Shown in pieces: positions 18,508 to 25,673 of a stretch of DNA of 25,706 nucleotides. Source of the DNA: a virus (taxonomy: Duplodnaviria; Caudoviricetes); the IMG/VR virus record IMGVR_UViG_3300020045_003397, positions 1 to 25,706 of that record, one strand, 5' to 3'. How positions within the stretch are numbered: the first letter of the stretch is position 1; each line of letters begins with the position of its first letter. The position numbers and the translations under genes are program-made. Below the pieces are notes generated by a model that was given only the letters and a program-made list of their open reading frames with translations, did no database searches and was not told the origin of the DNA.

Positions 18508-19115
18508 CGAATGGTGCTATATATCAGGCCGGCACGAATAACTAAAAGGCTTGTAAACTAATGAACTACCGGCTTGTATATAGCACGTGTTAGGCACTGT
18601 AATTAAAAAACGCTCAAAATACTAATTCTAAAAATTGATAAAATGGCATTTGAAAACGGAAACAAGGCAGACGGAAAACACTACTGGTTAACTCCTCCTG
18701 ATCTTATGAAACAACTAAATGATGAATTTAACTTTGATTTTGATCCTTGCCCTTTCCCGAAGCCTGATGATTTTGACGGCCTGAGAATGGAGTGGGGACA
18801 AAGAAACTATGTTAACCCTCCTTTTGGATCTTATACATGTACAGTTGATGGCAAAAAGAAAGGTCCAACAGCATGGGCAAGGAAATGTATTGAGGAATAC
18901 AAAAAAGGTAAATTAGTTGTACTGGTTTATCCGATTGATAAATGGGTGCTAATGTTACTTAGCGTATTAGGTGCGGAAGTAAGAAATTTAAAGGATGTAA
19001 GATGGCACTCAACCGAGGATAACGAACAAGGCCCCGGAACTGGCCGACATGTGGCAATGTTTATTTTAGATCCGCAGAATGCTCGTTGACCATGTTTTTT
19101 AATTATTGTGCCTAA
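18508..19115. repeat. Cassette unit 6 (608 bp)
   Basis: Empty stem B 18514-18532/18569-18586. Stem A 18589-18611/19094-19116 encloses the cargo. Confidence 0.8.
18643..19089 (+). CDS. Phage DNA N6-adenine methyltransferase, Dam-like (unit 6 cargo)
   Basis: WLTPPDL...FNFDFDPCP...DGL..EW...YVNPPFG motifs of the short phage Dam family. Confidence 0.85.
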   Translation: MAFENGNKADGKHYWLTPPDLMKQLNDEFNFDFDPCPFPKPDDFDGLRMEWGQRNYVNPPFGSYTCTVDGKKKGPTAWARKCIEEYKKGKLVVLVYPIDKWVLMLLSVLGAEVRNLKDVRWHSTEDNEQGPGTGRHVAMFILDPQNAR

Positions 19116-19316
19116 CAATCTGCTATACGCAACTAAACAATTACTTTAACATCAACTTGTTTACTTATAGCAACTTAGCGCAAATAATAACCACATAAAA
19201 TTAACCGAAAAGATGCCCGAAAAATAGGCGCAACATTGAGAAATCTCAATGCAAACAACAACAAATGTCATTACCCAATCAGAACCAATTACCGATAAAT
19301 AGACTAATTTAGAGCC

Positions 19317-19490
19317 ATGAAATACAAGCAAGAAACCCGTTACGATGTACTGGACAAAGTAGAAAAGAACCACATTAAACCGGTCGTATGCAAACAGTGC
19401 CAGTGCGAATTGCATCCGGACGATGGGGAATATTGCGAGGAGTGCTGGGCGGAGGTTATGTATTTAGAAAACAATTTAAAACCACGATAA
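19317..19490 (+). CDS. Small zinc-binding protein (57 aa; absent from ORF track)
   Basis: MKYKQETRY...CKQCQC...YCEECW...LKPR*. The stop overlaps the next ATG. Confidence 0.6.
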   Translation: MKYKQETRYDVLDKVEKNHIKPVVCKQCQCELHPDDGEYCEECWAEVMYLENNLKPR

Positions 19491-19738
19491 TGAATAAAAC
19501 TATTTTTGTAGCTGCCGTAAAAGGCGGAAGATGTTGTAATGGAGCGCACCGAGATAGAGGACAAGTAGTACATTATGTTACGCCATTACCAGTTGGCACA
19601 AATGGCGATTGGTTTAAAAAATCATTATGCGGTGTTGAACCTGGTCGAAGGAGTTATGGTTGTAGTAATACTAACAATGTAGTTAATTGTCCTAAATGCC
19701 TTAAAAAATATTCTGAGGTTATAAACACCACAGGATAA
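19490..19738 (+). CDS. Hypothetical Cys/His protein (82 aa)
   Basis: Coupled start at 19490 (TAATG). VVH...SLCG...VNCPKCLK. Confidence 0.65.
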   Translation: MNKTIFVAAVKGGRCCNGAHRDRGQVVHYVTPLPVGTNGDWFKKSLCGVEPGRRSYGCSNTNNVVNCPKCLKKYSEVINTTG

Positions 19739-19808
19739 AGTGCGAAGAACTCAAAGAACTCGGATTTGCTAAGACTGAACTACAATTAATTAACCCAACC
19801 CTATTCTA

Positions 19809-19994
19809 ATGAAAACACTCCTAATGACCGACAACAGCCGAATAGTTGACACCGGCAAAGACATATACCAATATTACAAGCGGGTAGCGGTGCAGTATAA
19901 GCCGTGGGTGCTTGTCCGGTCAAAGGATAGCCGAGGGAAGCAGATGTATTTTGCGACCGAGGCAGAATTGATGGAATTTATTAATAACCAATAA
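19809..19994 (+). CDS. Hypothetical protein
   Basis: 61-aa ORF on the operon strand. Confidence 0.6.
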   Translation: MKTLLMTDNSRIVDTGKDIYQYYKRVAVQYKPWVLVRSKDSRGKQMYFATEAELMEFINNQ

Positions 19995-20004
19995 AATAAA
20001 CACA

Positions 20005-20298
20005 ATGATAACTCTAAAGATTGACGTTACCAAAATCAACAAAGACAGGTTGTATAAAGGTGCAAAAGGCACTTATCTAAACTGCACAATGATCGACACC
20101 CCAAACTCAGAATACGGGGATTATATGATTGTTGAAGAAACAACGAAAGAAGAACGGGAAGCTGGAACAAAAGGCACAATTCTGGGAAATGGTAAGATTA
20201 TCAGGCCAAGGAATGAACAGCCGGCAACACAACAGGCGTTTAGCCAACCGGCAGCGAACACTGCACCGGTTGAGGATGATTCAGATTTACCTTTTTAA
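20005..20298 (+). CDS. Putative single-stranded DNA-binding protein
   Basis: Short beta-rich core, Q/P/A linker and an acidic DDSDLPF tail. Confidence 0.75.
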   Translation: MITLKIDVTKINKDRLYKGAKGTYLNCTMIDTPNSEYGDYMIVEETTKEEREAGTKGTILGNGKIIRPRNEQPATQQAFSQPAANTAPVEDDSDLPF

Positions 20299-20333
20299 TT
20301 AAAAATAAATTACCTTTTTAATTAAATTATGCT

Positions 20334-20341
20334 TATCTTTG
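20334..20341 (+). promoter_or_regulatory. Bacteroidota -7 promoter element
   Basis: TATCTTTG located 24 nt upstream of ATG 20366. Confidence 0.5.
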
Positions 20342-20365
20342 TTGATATAATTAACCTTAAATTTT

Positions 20366-20878
20366 ATGGATACAAAGATTTGTTTTAAATGTGAACTAAG
20401 TAAGCCTATTTCTGATTATTACTTTCACAAAGGTATGGCTGATGGACACTTGAATAAGTGTAAAGATTGCACTAAAAATGACGTTAAAGAACGGTATAAC
20501 AAACTTGCAGATAATATTGAATATGTAGAAAAAGAACGCGCAAGGGGCCGCGAAAAATACCATAGGCTTGGATATAATGGTAAAAGGACAAATAGATACG
20601 ATAAAGTAAAAAATGCTAAAAGATACCTAAAAGCAAGAGGTATTTATACTACAGGAAAAGAAATTCATCATTGGAATTATAATTTTGCAAATGATGTTTT
20701 TCTTTTAAGTCCAAGAGCGCATAAATTAGTTCACAAGTACATTACTTTTGACGAAGAAACAAAATGCTTTAAATACAATGGATTATTACTAAAATCTAAA
20801 AAACACCATTACGCAATGATAAAAAAAGTTTTTTCTGTAAATAATGTTCTTTACGAAATCGAATCAATAGACCTCTAA
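20366..20878 (+). CDS. HNH-like endonuclease with an N-terminal CxxC...CxxC domain
   Basis: KICFKCELSKP...DGHLNKCKDC and EIHHWNY...LSPRAHKLVH. Confidence 0.7.
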   Translation: MDTKICFKCELSKPISDYYFHKGMADGHLNKCKDCTKNDVKERYNKLADNIEYVEKERARGREKYHRLGYNGKRTNRYDKVKNAKRYLKARGIYTTGKEIHHWNYNFANDVFLLSPRAHKLVHKYITFDEETKCFKYNGLLLKSKKHHYAMIKKVFSVNNVLYEIESIDL

Positions 20879-20886
20879 CATCGGCC

Positions 20887-20984
20887 AACCGGAAGGCGAG
20901 AAAGGTACACGCAGCCTATTAATTGTTTGTTTCTCCTTTCAATGATAGACATTTTCGCAGGTTCGAATCCTGCTCCTGTTGCTA
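20887..20984 (+). ncRNA. tRNA-like element (pseudo-tRNA with an expanded anticodon arm)
   Basis: Perfect T arm GCAGG-TTCGAAT-CCTGC at 20957-20973, D-like arm GCG..GGTA..CGC, 6/7 acceptor pairs. No canonical anticodon loop. Confidence 0.55.
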
Positions 20985-21043
20985 ATTTTTTTTATCAACA
21001 AACCACTAATTAACAGAGAATTGTAGTATATTTACACCATAAA

Positions 21044-21140
21044 AGGCGACCAAACCGATGAAAAGAAACTCACTTAAAACCCTAATTACATTACCCGCAT
21101 CTGCAATGGTTTGGTCGCCTGGCAGTGCGGGTTTTGTTTT
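21044..21140 (+). promoter_or_regulatory. Structured leader with alternative pairings (attenuator-like)
   Basis: 13-bp perfect IR 21044-21056/21108-21120 interleaved with hairpin 21093-21104/21122-21132 and a T-rich tail. Confidence 0.55.
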
Positions 21141-21157
21141 TGGGGTATTTTAGTCTT

Positions 21158-21436
21158 ATGAAAACATATTACATTTATTCGCTTACAGATCCGTACGATC
21201 TTAAAATAAATTACATTGGAGTAACTAATAATCCAGAAAACAGATCAAAAAACTATAGAACTGATCGTAAAATTTTAAACAATAGATTACGTGAATGGAT
21301 AAATAATTTACACGAATCTGGAAACATAGCAAAATTTACGATAGTTAAATCTAGTACAATAAAAACTGTTGCATGGAAAATTGAAAAGGCATTAATAAAA
21401 GCAATACAACCTGAATTTAACACATTAGGAAAATAA
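21158..21436 (+). CDS. GIY-YIG endonuclease-like protein
   Basis: YIYSLTDP...NYIGVTNNPENR...IEKALIK..QPEFN. Confidence 0.85.
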   Translation: MKTYYIYSLTDPYDLKINYIGVTNNPENRSKNYRTDRKILNNRLREWINNLHESGNIAKFTIVKSSTIKTVAWKIEKALIKAIQPEFNTLGK

Positions 21437-21440
21437 AGCC

Positions 21441-21791
21441 ATGTTCTACCAAATCCAATTTAACGACATTCAGGCTGCAATAGCACGAAGGATTGCATCA
21501 ATGCAGTTAGACTTAGCAAAGTATGCGGCAACTGAAAATGCTAATCAAAAATCAATTGATGTAAGAACCGACATATTAAACCAATTAAATGATTATCACG
21601 AATATGTCAATTCACTTTATATTGAGTTTAAACAGCAACAACAAACCGACTTTTCGGCTGGTTTTACAGAAGGGTATAAGAAGGCGCAAAATCAGTATGA
21701 GCCACATTTAAAGGAACGCTCAAACAACAAAGAAATTGATCGTTTCAATTCAATTACCCGTGCTATGGAAAAATGGCCAGAACTTTACTAA
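21441..21791 (+). CDS. Hypothetical protein upstream of the helicase
   Basis: 116-aa helical ORF coupled to the next gene. Confidence 0.65.
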   Translation: MFYQIQFNDIQAAIARRIASMQLDLAKYAATENANQKSIDVRTDILNQLNDYHEYVNSLYIEFKQQQQTDFSAGFTEGYKKAQNQYEPHLKERSNNKEIDRFNSITRAMEKWPELY

Positions 21792-21792
21792 T

Positions 21793-23370
21793 ATGATACT
21801 ACCTGAAATTAAAGTAAACGAAAACACGCTATCTGCCAAAATTGAGGCATTGGATAAGTATGAGCATACCGATCCGGTAAGCTGGTATAACTATCACAAG
21901 CGCGATTATTCGGCATTTATTTTGAGTGAACTTGGGTATGTAGAATATAACGGGAAGGTATTTTTTAAGGATGTAAATTGTGCTATTTGGTATGATAGTT
22001 TACTTTGCACGTTTGATGAATCTGAATACCTGAAGCCAAACCATAATTACACCCCTTTTCAAATCCTTGTAATGCTTAAATTTAAAGGCAATTACTATGC
22101 TGCAATTAATTGGATTAGTATTTATTACCTGAATGAAGATTCGCCGTATATCAGAATCGGGGTTGATTATTTCAAAAAGATTCAGAAAAAGGATCGTTTC
22201 GGTATTATCGGAGTTGACCTGAAAAAGTGGAAAAAGGAAGAAATAAAAGACGATCACGGAAAAGGATATTTAACCCGGGTTCCTAAATTTGATAATTTCT
22301 GCATTGAGCCTGACAATTTCAACTATCAGCCTGTTATTGAAAACTGCTATAACTTATACCACGCATTCAGGCACAAAGAGGCAAAAGGGGATATTAAATG
22401 GAGCCGTATTTTGATGGAGCATATTTTTGGGGATCAAGTAACATTGGGATATCGTTATTTGCAATGTTTATATTTACACCCTGATAGAATGCTCCCTATT
22501 TTGGTACTTGTATCACGGGAACGGCAAACCGGAAAAACAACCTTCCTGAATTGGCTTAACATGATATTCGGAGATAATTGCGTTATGATAAACCCTTCCG
22601 ACCTTACATCAGATTTCAACTCTTCCTATGCCACCGCAAACGTGATAGAGATAGAAGAAACTTTGATCGAAAAGAGTATAACGGTTGAAAAGTTAAAGGC
22701 GTTGGCTACCGGCAAATTTGTATCAGTAAATGAGAAATTCATAAGTAATTATAAACTGCCTTTTTTCGGCAAAATTATACTTGCATCAAATAATGAAGAT
22801 AAATTTGCAAAGGTTGACGAAGAGGAAATCCGGTTTTTTGTTCGCAAGGTCGGGAAGCCTATTTATAAAAATCACGATGTAGAAAACAATCTACGTGAAG
22901 AAATACCGGCATTCCTGTTTTACCTATCCTCACTTCCTGCGGTTGACTTTTCAGTTGGGAGGGTTCCGTTTACGGTTGAAGAGTTGAAAAACGAAACATT
23001 AACAGCCGTTAAAAAGGAATCTAAAACAGGACTTTATAAGGATATGTTTGAGCGTTTTGTAGATCACTTTTCAAACAGTTCAAAAAATGACGAATCTATA
23101 TTTGTGGTTCCGGTTGACATTAAAGAACGCTGGTATAAGAATTCCCATAACATCGATATACACTATATCAGAACCGTGCTGAAAAACGAATTCAATCTAA
23201 AACCTGGTGCGGCGATCAGATACGTGCCTTTTGGTGATGCAAGTACATACTCCTCAAAAGTTGGCACGGCATACGAAATAAAAAGGAGTATTTTCGGGAT
23301 TTTAGAGTTAGAAGAAGAAAAAGCAGATTTTTTAAATTACACTGAAATTAACAATAATTTACCGTTTTAG
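21793..23370 (+). CDS. Primase-associated SF3-type helicase (DUF5906/D5-like NTPase)
   Basis: Walker A RERQTGKTT, DFNS...IEIEE Walker B, KLKALAT and ILASNN sensor. ATG 21793 follows the upstream stop. Confidence 0.82.
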   Translation: MILPEIKVNENTLSAKIEALDKYEHTDPVSWYNYHKRDYSAFILSELGYVEYNGKVFFKDVNCAIWYDSLLCTFDESEYLKPNHNYTPFQILVMLKFKGNYYAAINWISIYYLNEDSPYIRIGVDYFKKIQKKDRFGIIGVDLKKWKKEEIKDDHGKGYLTRVPKFDNFCIEPDNFNYQPVIENCYNLYHAFRHKEAKGDIKWSRILMEHIFGDQVTLGYRYLQCLYLHPDRMLPILVLVSRERQTGKTTFLNWLNMIFGDNCVMINPSDLTSDFNSSYATANVIEIEETLIEKSITVEKLKALATGKFVSVNEKFISNYKLPFFGKIILASNNEDKFAKVDEEEIRFFVRKVGKPIYKNHDVENNLREEIPAFLFYLSSLPAVDFSVGRVPFTVEELKNETLTAVKKESKTGLYKDMFERFVDHFSNSSKNDESIFVVPVDIKERWYKNSHNIDIHYIRTVLKNEFNLKPGAAIRYVPFGDASTYSSKVGTAYEIKRSIFGILELEEEKADFLNYTEINNNLPF

Positions 23371-23644
23371 CTGTTAAAAACTCAAATGTTAAAAACTTAA
23401 CAAAACTTTTTAACAGCTTAACAATATATAAATCAATGCGTTACAAGGTTGTTAAAAAGTTAAGGAAAAAACGGAAGAGTTGGGGCTTTTTATACAACAC
23501 AATATAAAAACCTAACTACTTATATTTACTTAACTTTCTTAACAATAAAGAAAATAGTAATAAATAAGAGTATAAGTAACTAAATAACAGAATGTTAAGT
23601 TTGTTAAAAAGTTTGTTAAAAACCTGTTAAAAACTGTTAAGAAA
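23371..23644. repeat. Iteron-like AT-rich region, candidate replication origin
   Basis: TGTTAA at 23372, 23387, 23450, 23593, 23602, 23614, 23625 and 23635. TTAACA at 23397, 23410, 23418 and 23539. Confidence 0.7.
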
Positions 23645-23884
23645 ATGAAAACCGAAAACCTAATCCTTCAGTCCGGCGTTCACACGCTTAGAATTGACCT
23701 TTACGAAGAGTACAACAAAAAAAACGTTTGCCGAATTACCTGTATTGATGATGATTCATGTACAGAGGACGAAGACGGCGAATATATTGAAGAACATACA
23801 GAAGGCTGTTTTTATGCCAGTGTTCAGCAGATAGATCAAATCATTGAGAAGTTAAACGAGGCTAAAGCGTTTATAACATGCTAA
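23645..23884 (+). CDS. Acidic hypothetical protein
   Basis: 79-aa ORF overlapping the next gene. Confidence 0.6.
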   Translation: MKTENLILQSGVHTLRIDLYEEYNKKNVCRITCIDDDSCTEDEDGEYIEEHTEGCFYASVQQIDQIIEKLNEAKAFITC

Positions 23885-24372
23885 CCGACCGCCTCGCCCT
23901 CAAACGCCTAAAAGACATCGCAGCAACCAAGTTCAAAGAAGAACATCCGGAAAACCCATTTCCTGAGAGCTGCATACATCAGTACAACCCATCGAAAGCC
24001 AACGGACTAACGCGCTGCATAAAGGACTTCATAGAGTTCAACGGCGGACAGGCTGAACGGATATCGGTAACCGGACGCATGGTTGACAACACAAAAGTAG
24101 TAACCGATGTAATGGGACACCGCCGAATAGTTGGATCGGTAAGCTATCAGAAGTCTTCAATGACACGTGGCAGCGCCGATATATCGGCAACTATCAACGG
24201 ACGTTCTGTAAAGATCGAAATAAAGATCGGTAAAGACAGGCAGTCAGACGCTCAAAAGAAATATGAACAATCTATTGAACGTGCCGGAGGGATTTACCTG
24301 ATAGTACACACTCTGGCTGATTTCGTGAACTGGTGGGACAGTCAACAGACTCATGGGGACTTGTTCAGTTGA
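23878..24372 (+). CDS. VRR-NUC-like nuclease / Holliday junction resolvase
   Basis: GSADI...VKIEIKIGKDRQSDAQKKY...AGGIYLIV. Confidence 0.82.
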   Translation: MLTDRLALKRLKDIAATKFKEEHPENPFPESCIHQYNPSKANGLTRCIKDFIEFNGGQAERISVTGRMVDNTKVVTDVMGHRRIVGSVSYQKSSMTRGSADISATINGRSVKIEIKIGKDRQSDAQKKYEQSIERAGGIYLIVHTLADFVNWWDSQQTHGDLFS

Positions 24373-24447
24373 CATATCTCAATCGAAACAAGTATAAGTA
24401 TCATTGATGAAAATTAGGATTGTATATACATCATGTATTACCTTTAC
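24370..24447 (+). promoter_or_regulatory. Early promoter/operator element, copy 3
   Basis: TGACATATCTCA at 24370, GTATAAGTATCA at 24392, ATTAGGATTGTATATACA identical to copy 1, TACCTTTAC at 24439. Confidence 0.7.
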
Positions 24448-24488
24448 ACAATCAAACAAACAATACTAACAATTTAAAACTTCGAAAA

Positions 24489-24662
24489 ATGGACACAACA
24501 ACTTATAACAGGAACAAAGTAACAATGACAGACGGCAGTGTTTATAATATCGGACTTGGCATTATTACTACACGGCAAAAACACCACATAGAGAAAACAT
24601 CAATAGCTGGGTTTAAATATTATGTAAACCCATTTAATGGATTTGCATATAGGACAGTATAA
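24489..24662 (+). CDS. Small hypothetical protein (57 aa)
   Basis: ATG downstream of promoter copy 3. Confidence 0.55.
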   Translation: MDTTTYNRNKVTMTDGSVYNIGLGIITTRQKHHIEKTSIAGFKYYVNPFNGFAYRTV

Positions 24663-24983
24663 AGATACTGTTCCTGCGAAGTCAGGCGGAAGTAGGTATG
24701 CTGTTCTAATTGCATTAACCTTAATATCATGCCTCCATCCATTGTTAATTTTGCCGGATTTAATAAGCATTTCATTTTCCTGTTCCACTGTCATTGCAGA
24801 AAGTGGATAAAGGATCGGTTTAACTTCTTGTACTTTAAATTCCCACCCATTTGAACCTATTACTGGGGATTCGCTTTGGGACGATTTTGTAATCCTAGTA
24901 TTATTTCTTATTTTTTCAGAATAATCTTCGTAAAACCTGCACCCCAAATACAAGTGTGCTACATCTTTAAATTTTGTTTCCAT
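24600..24983 (-). CDS. Hypothetical phage protein whose C-terminus runs through the inverted repeat
   Basis: HLYLGC...VKPILYPLSAMTVEQ phage-type motif. LPPDFAGT is encoded by the IR. Confidence 0.65.
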   Translation of the reverse strand: METKFKDVAHLYLGCRFYEDYSEKIRNNTRITKSSQSESPVIGSNGWEFKVQEVKPILYPLSAMTVEQENEMLIKSGKINNGWRHDIKVNAIRTAYLLPPDFAGTVSLYCPICKSIKWVYIIFKPSY

Positions 24984-25673
24984 GATTTTATAATTTCGTA
25001 TTAATTAATTCATCCTTGTAACTTCTAAAATGCCGTGTCGGGTTCATCATTCCGCAGTAGTGCGATTCGAACCGCCGGTAAACAATCAACAGTGTTGAAT
25101 CCGAACCATATTTGTTTTTCATGTATTCGTCTGATTCTACATTGCGCTTTGAATTTAGCACCGTTGCATGGTCGCGGTTTGTCATTTTCCCAATGTCACC
25201 CAAAGACAACATACTATACCGGCTTAGGCACGTCTGCATGGCCTGCCTGATTCGTGTCGCGTCCTTATGTCTGCCTCGTTTACAAACGGCCTCAAACGTG
25301 GTGTTGAAATAGCTGCTTATGATTATACTGCAAGCTGTTTCTGGGGTGAGTTGGATAATGCCTGGGGCAGAGAAGGGGGTCATGTAATGGTTTAAATAAA
25401 TTTCGTATTGTTCTTCAGTTGAAATTAAACTTATTTGGTTTGGCTGTGCTATCCTCCAGTTGATAAAATTAACAACTTGATTTTTTGAATAGTCTTCCAT
25501 CAATTTAACAATTTTGTTTATTGTTGGAAATTCCGTAAAGTCTTTTAACTCTTCTTTTGCTGTTTCGTATGCTGTTTTCATACCTCCAAAATTACTAATT
25601 AATCCCTAAATTGATTCTCTTGTATCAAATAGTGTTGTACGGTTATCGCTTCCGCCTGACTTCGCAGGAACAG
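24668..25673. repeat. 1006-bp segment bounded by perfect 25-bp inverted repeats
   Basis: CTGTTCCTGCGAAGTCAGGCGGAAG at 24668-24692 and its exact reverse complement at 25649-25673. Confidence 0.9.
24988..25581 (-). CDS. Protein with a DnaA C-terminal-like HTH domain
   Basis: RIRQAMQ...SLGDIGKMTNRDHATVLNS resembles the DnaA domain IV signature (RDHTTV). Confidence 0.75.
   Translation of the reverse strand: MKTAYETAKEELKDFTEFPTINKIVKLMEDYSKNQVVNFINWRIAQPNQISLISTEEQYEIYLNHYMTPFSAPGIIQLTPETACSIIISSYFNTTFEAVCKRGRHKDATRIRQAMQTCLSRYSMLSLGDIGKMTNRDHATVLNSKRNVESDEYMKNKYGSDSTLLIVYRRFESHYCGMMNPTRHFRSYKDELINTKL

Larger units (their letters stand above)
15555..19178. mobile_element. Array of six double-hairpin, attC-like gene cassettes; no integrase in window
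   Basis: TAAC cores end at 15596, 16205, 16818, 17421, 17881, 18508 and 19116. GTTA cores start at 16106, 16760, 17363, 17831, 17962 and 18589 (degenerate CTTAG at 19174). Every interval between cores is closed by a 14-25 bp inverted repeat. Mobility is inferred. Confidence 0.75.

Noticed and set aside
15555-19178. CRISPR array or a set of simple terminators
   Set aside because: The repeats are inverted and unit-specific rather than identical direct repeats, many enclose whole genes, they lack U tails, and no cas genes are present.
20887-20984. Functional canonical tRNA
   Set aside because: There is no 7-nt anticodon loop, the acceptor stem has a mismatch and CCA is absent. Kept only as a tRNA-like element.
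603-22257. Minus-strand and nested ORFs in the track (e.g. 1256-1624, 12853-13263, 16886-17167, 22000-22257)
   Set aside because: They are shadows of well-supported plus-strand genes and have no recognisable motifs.
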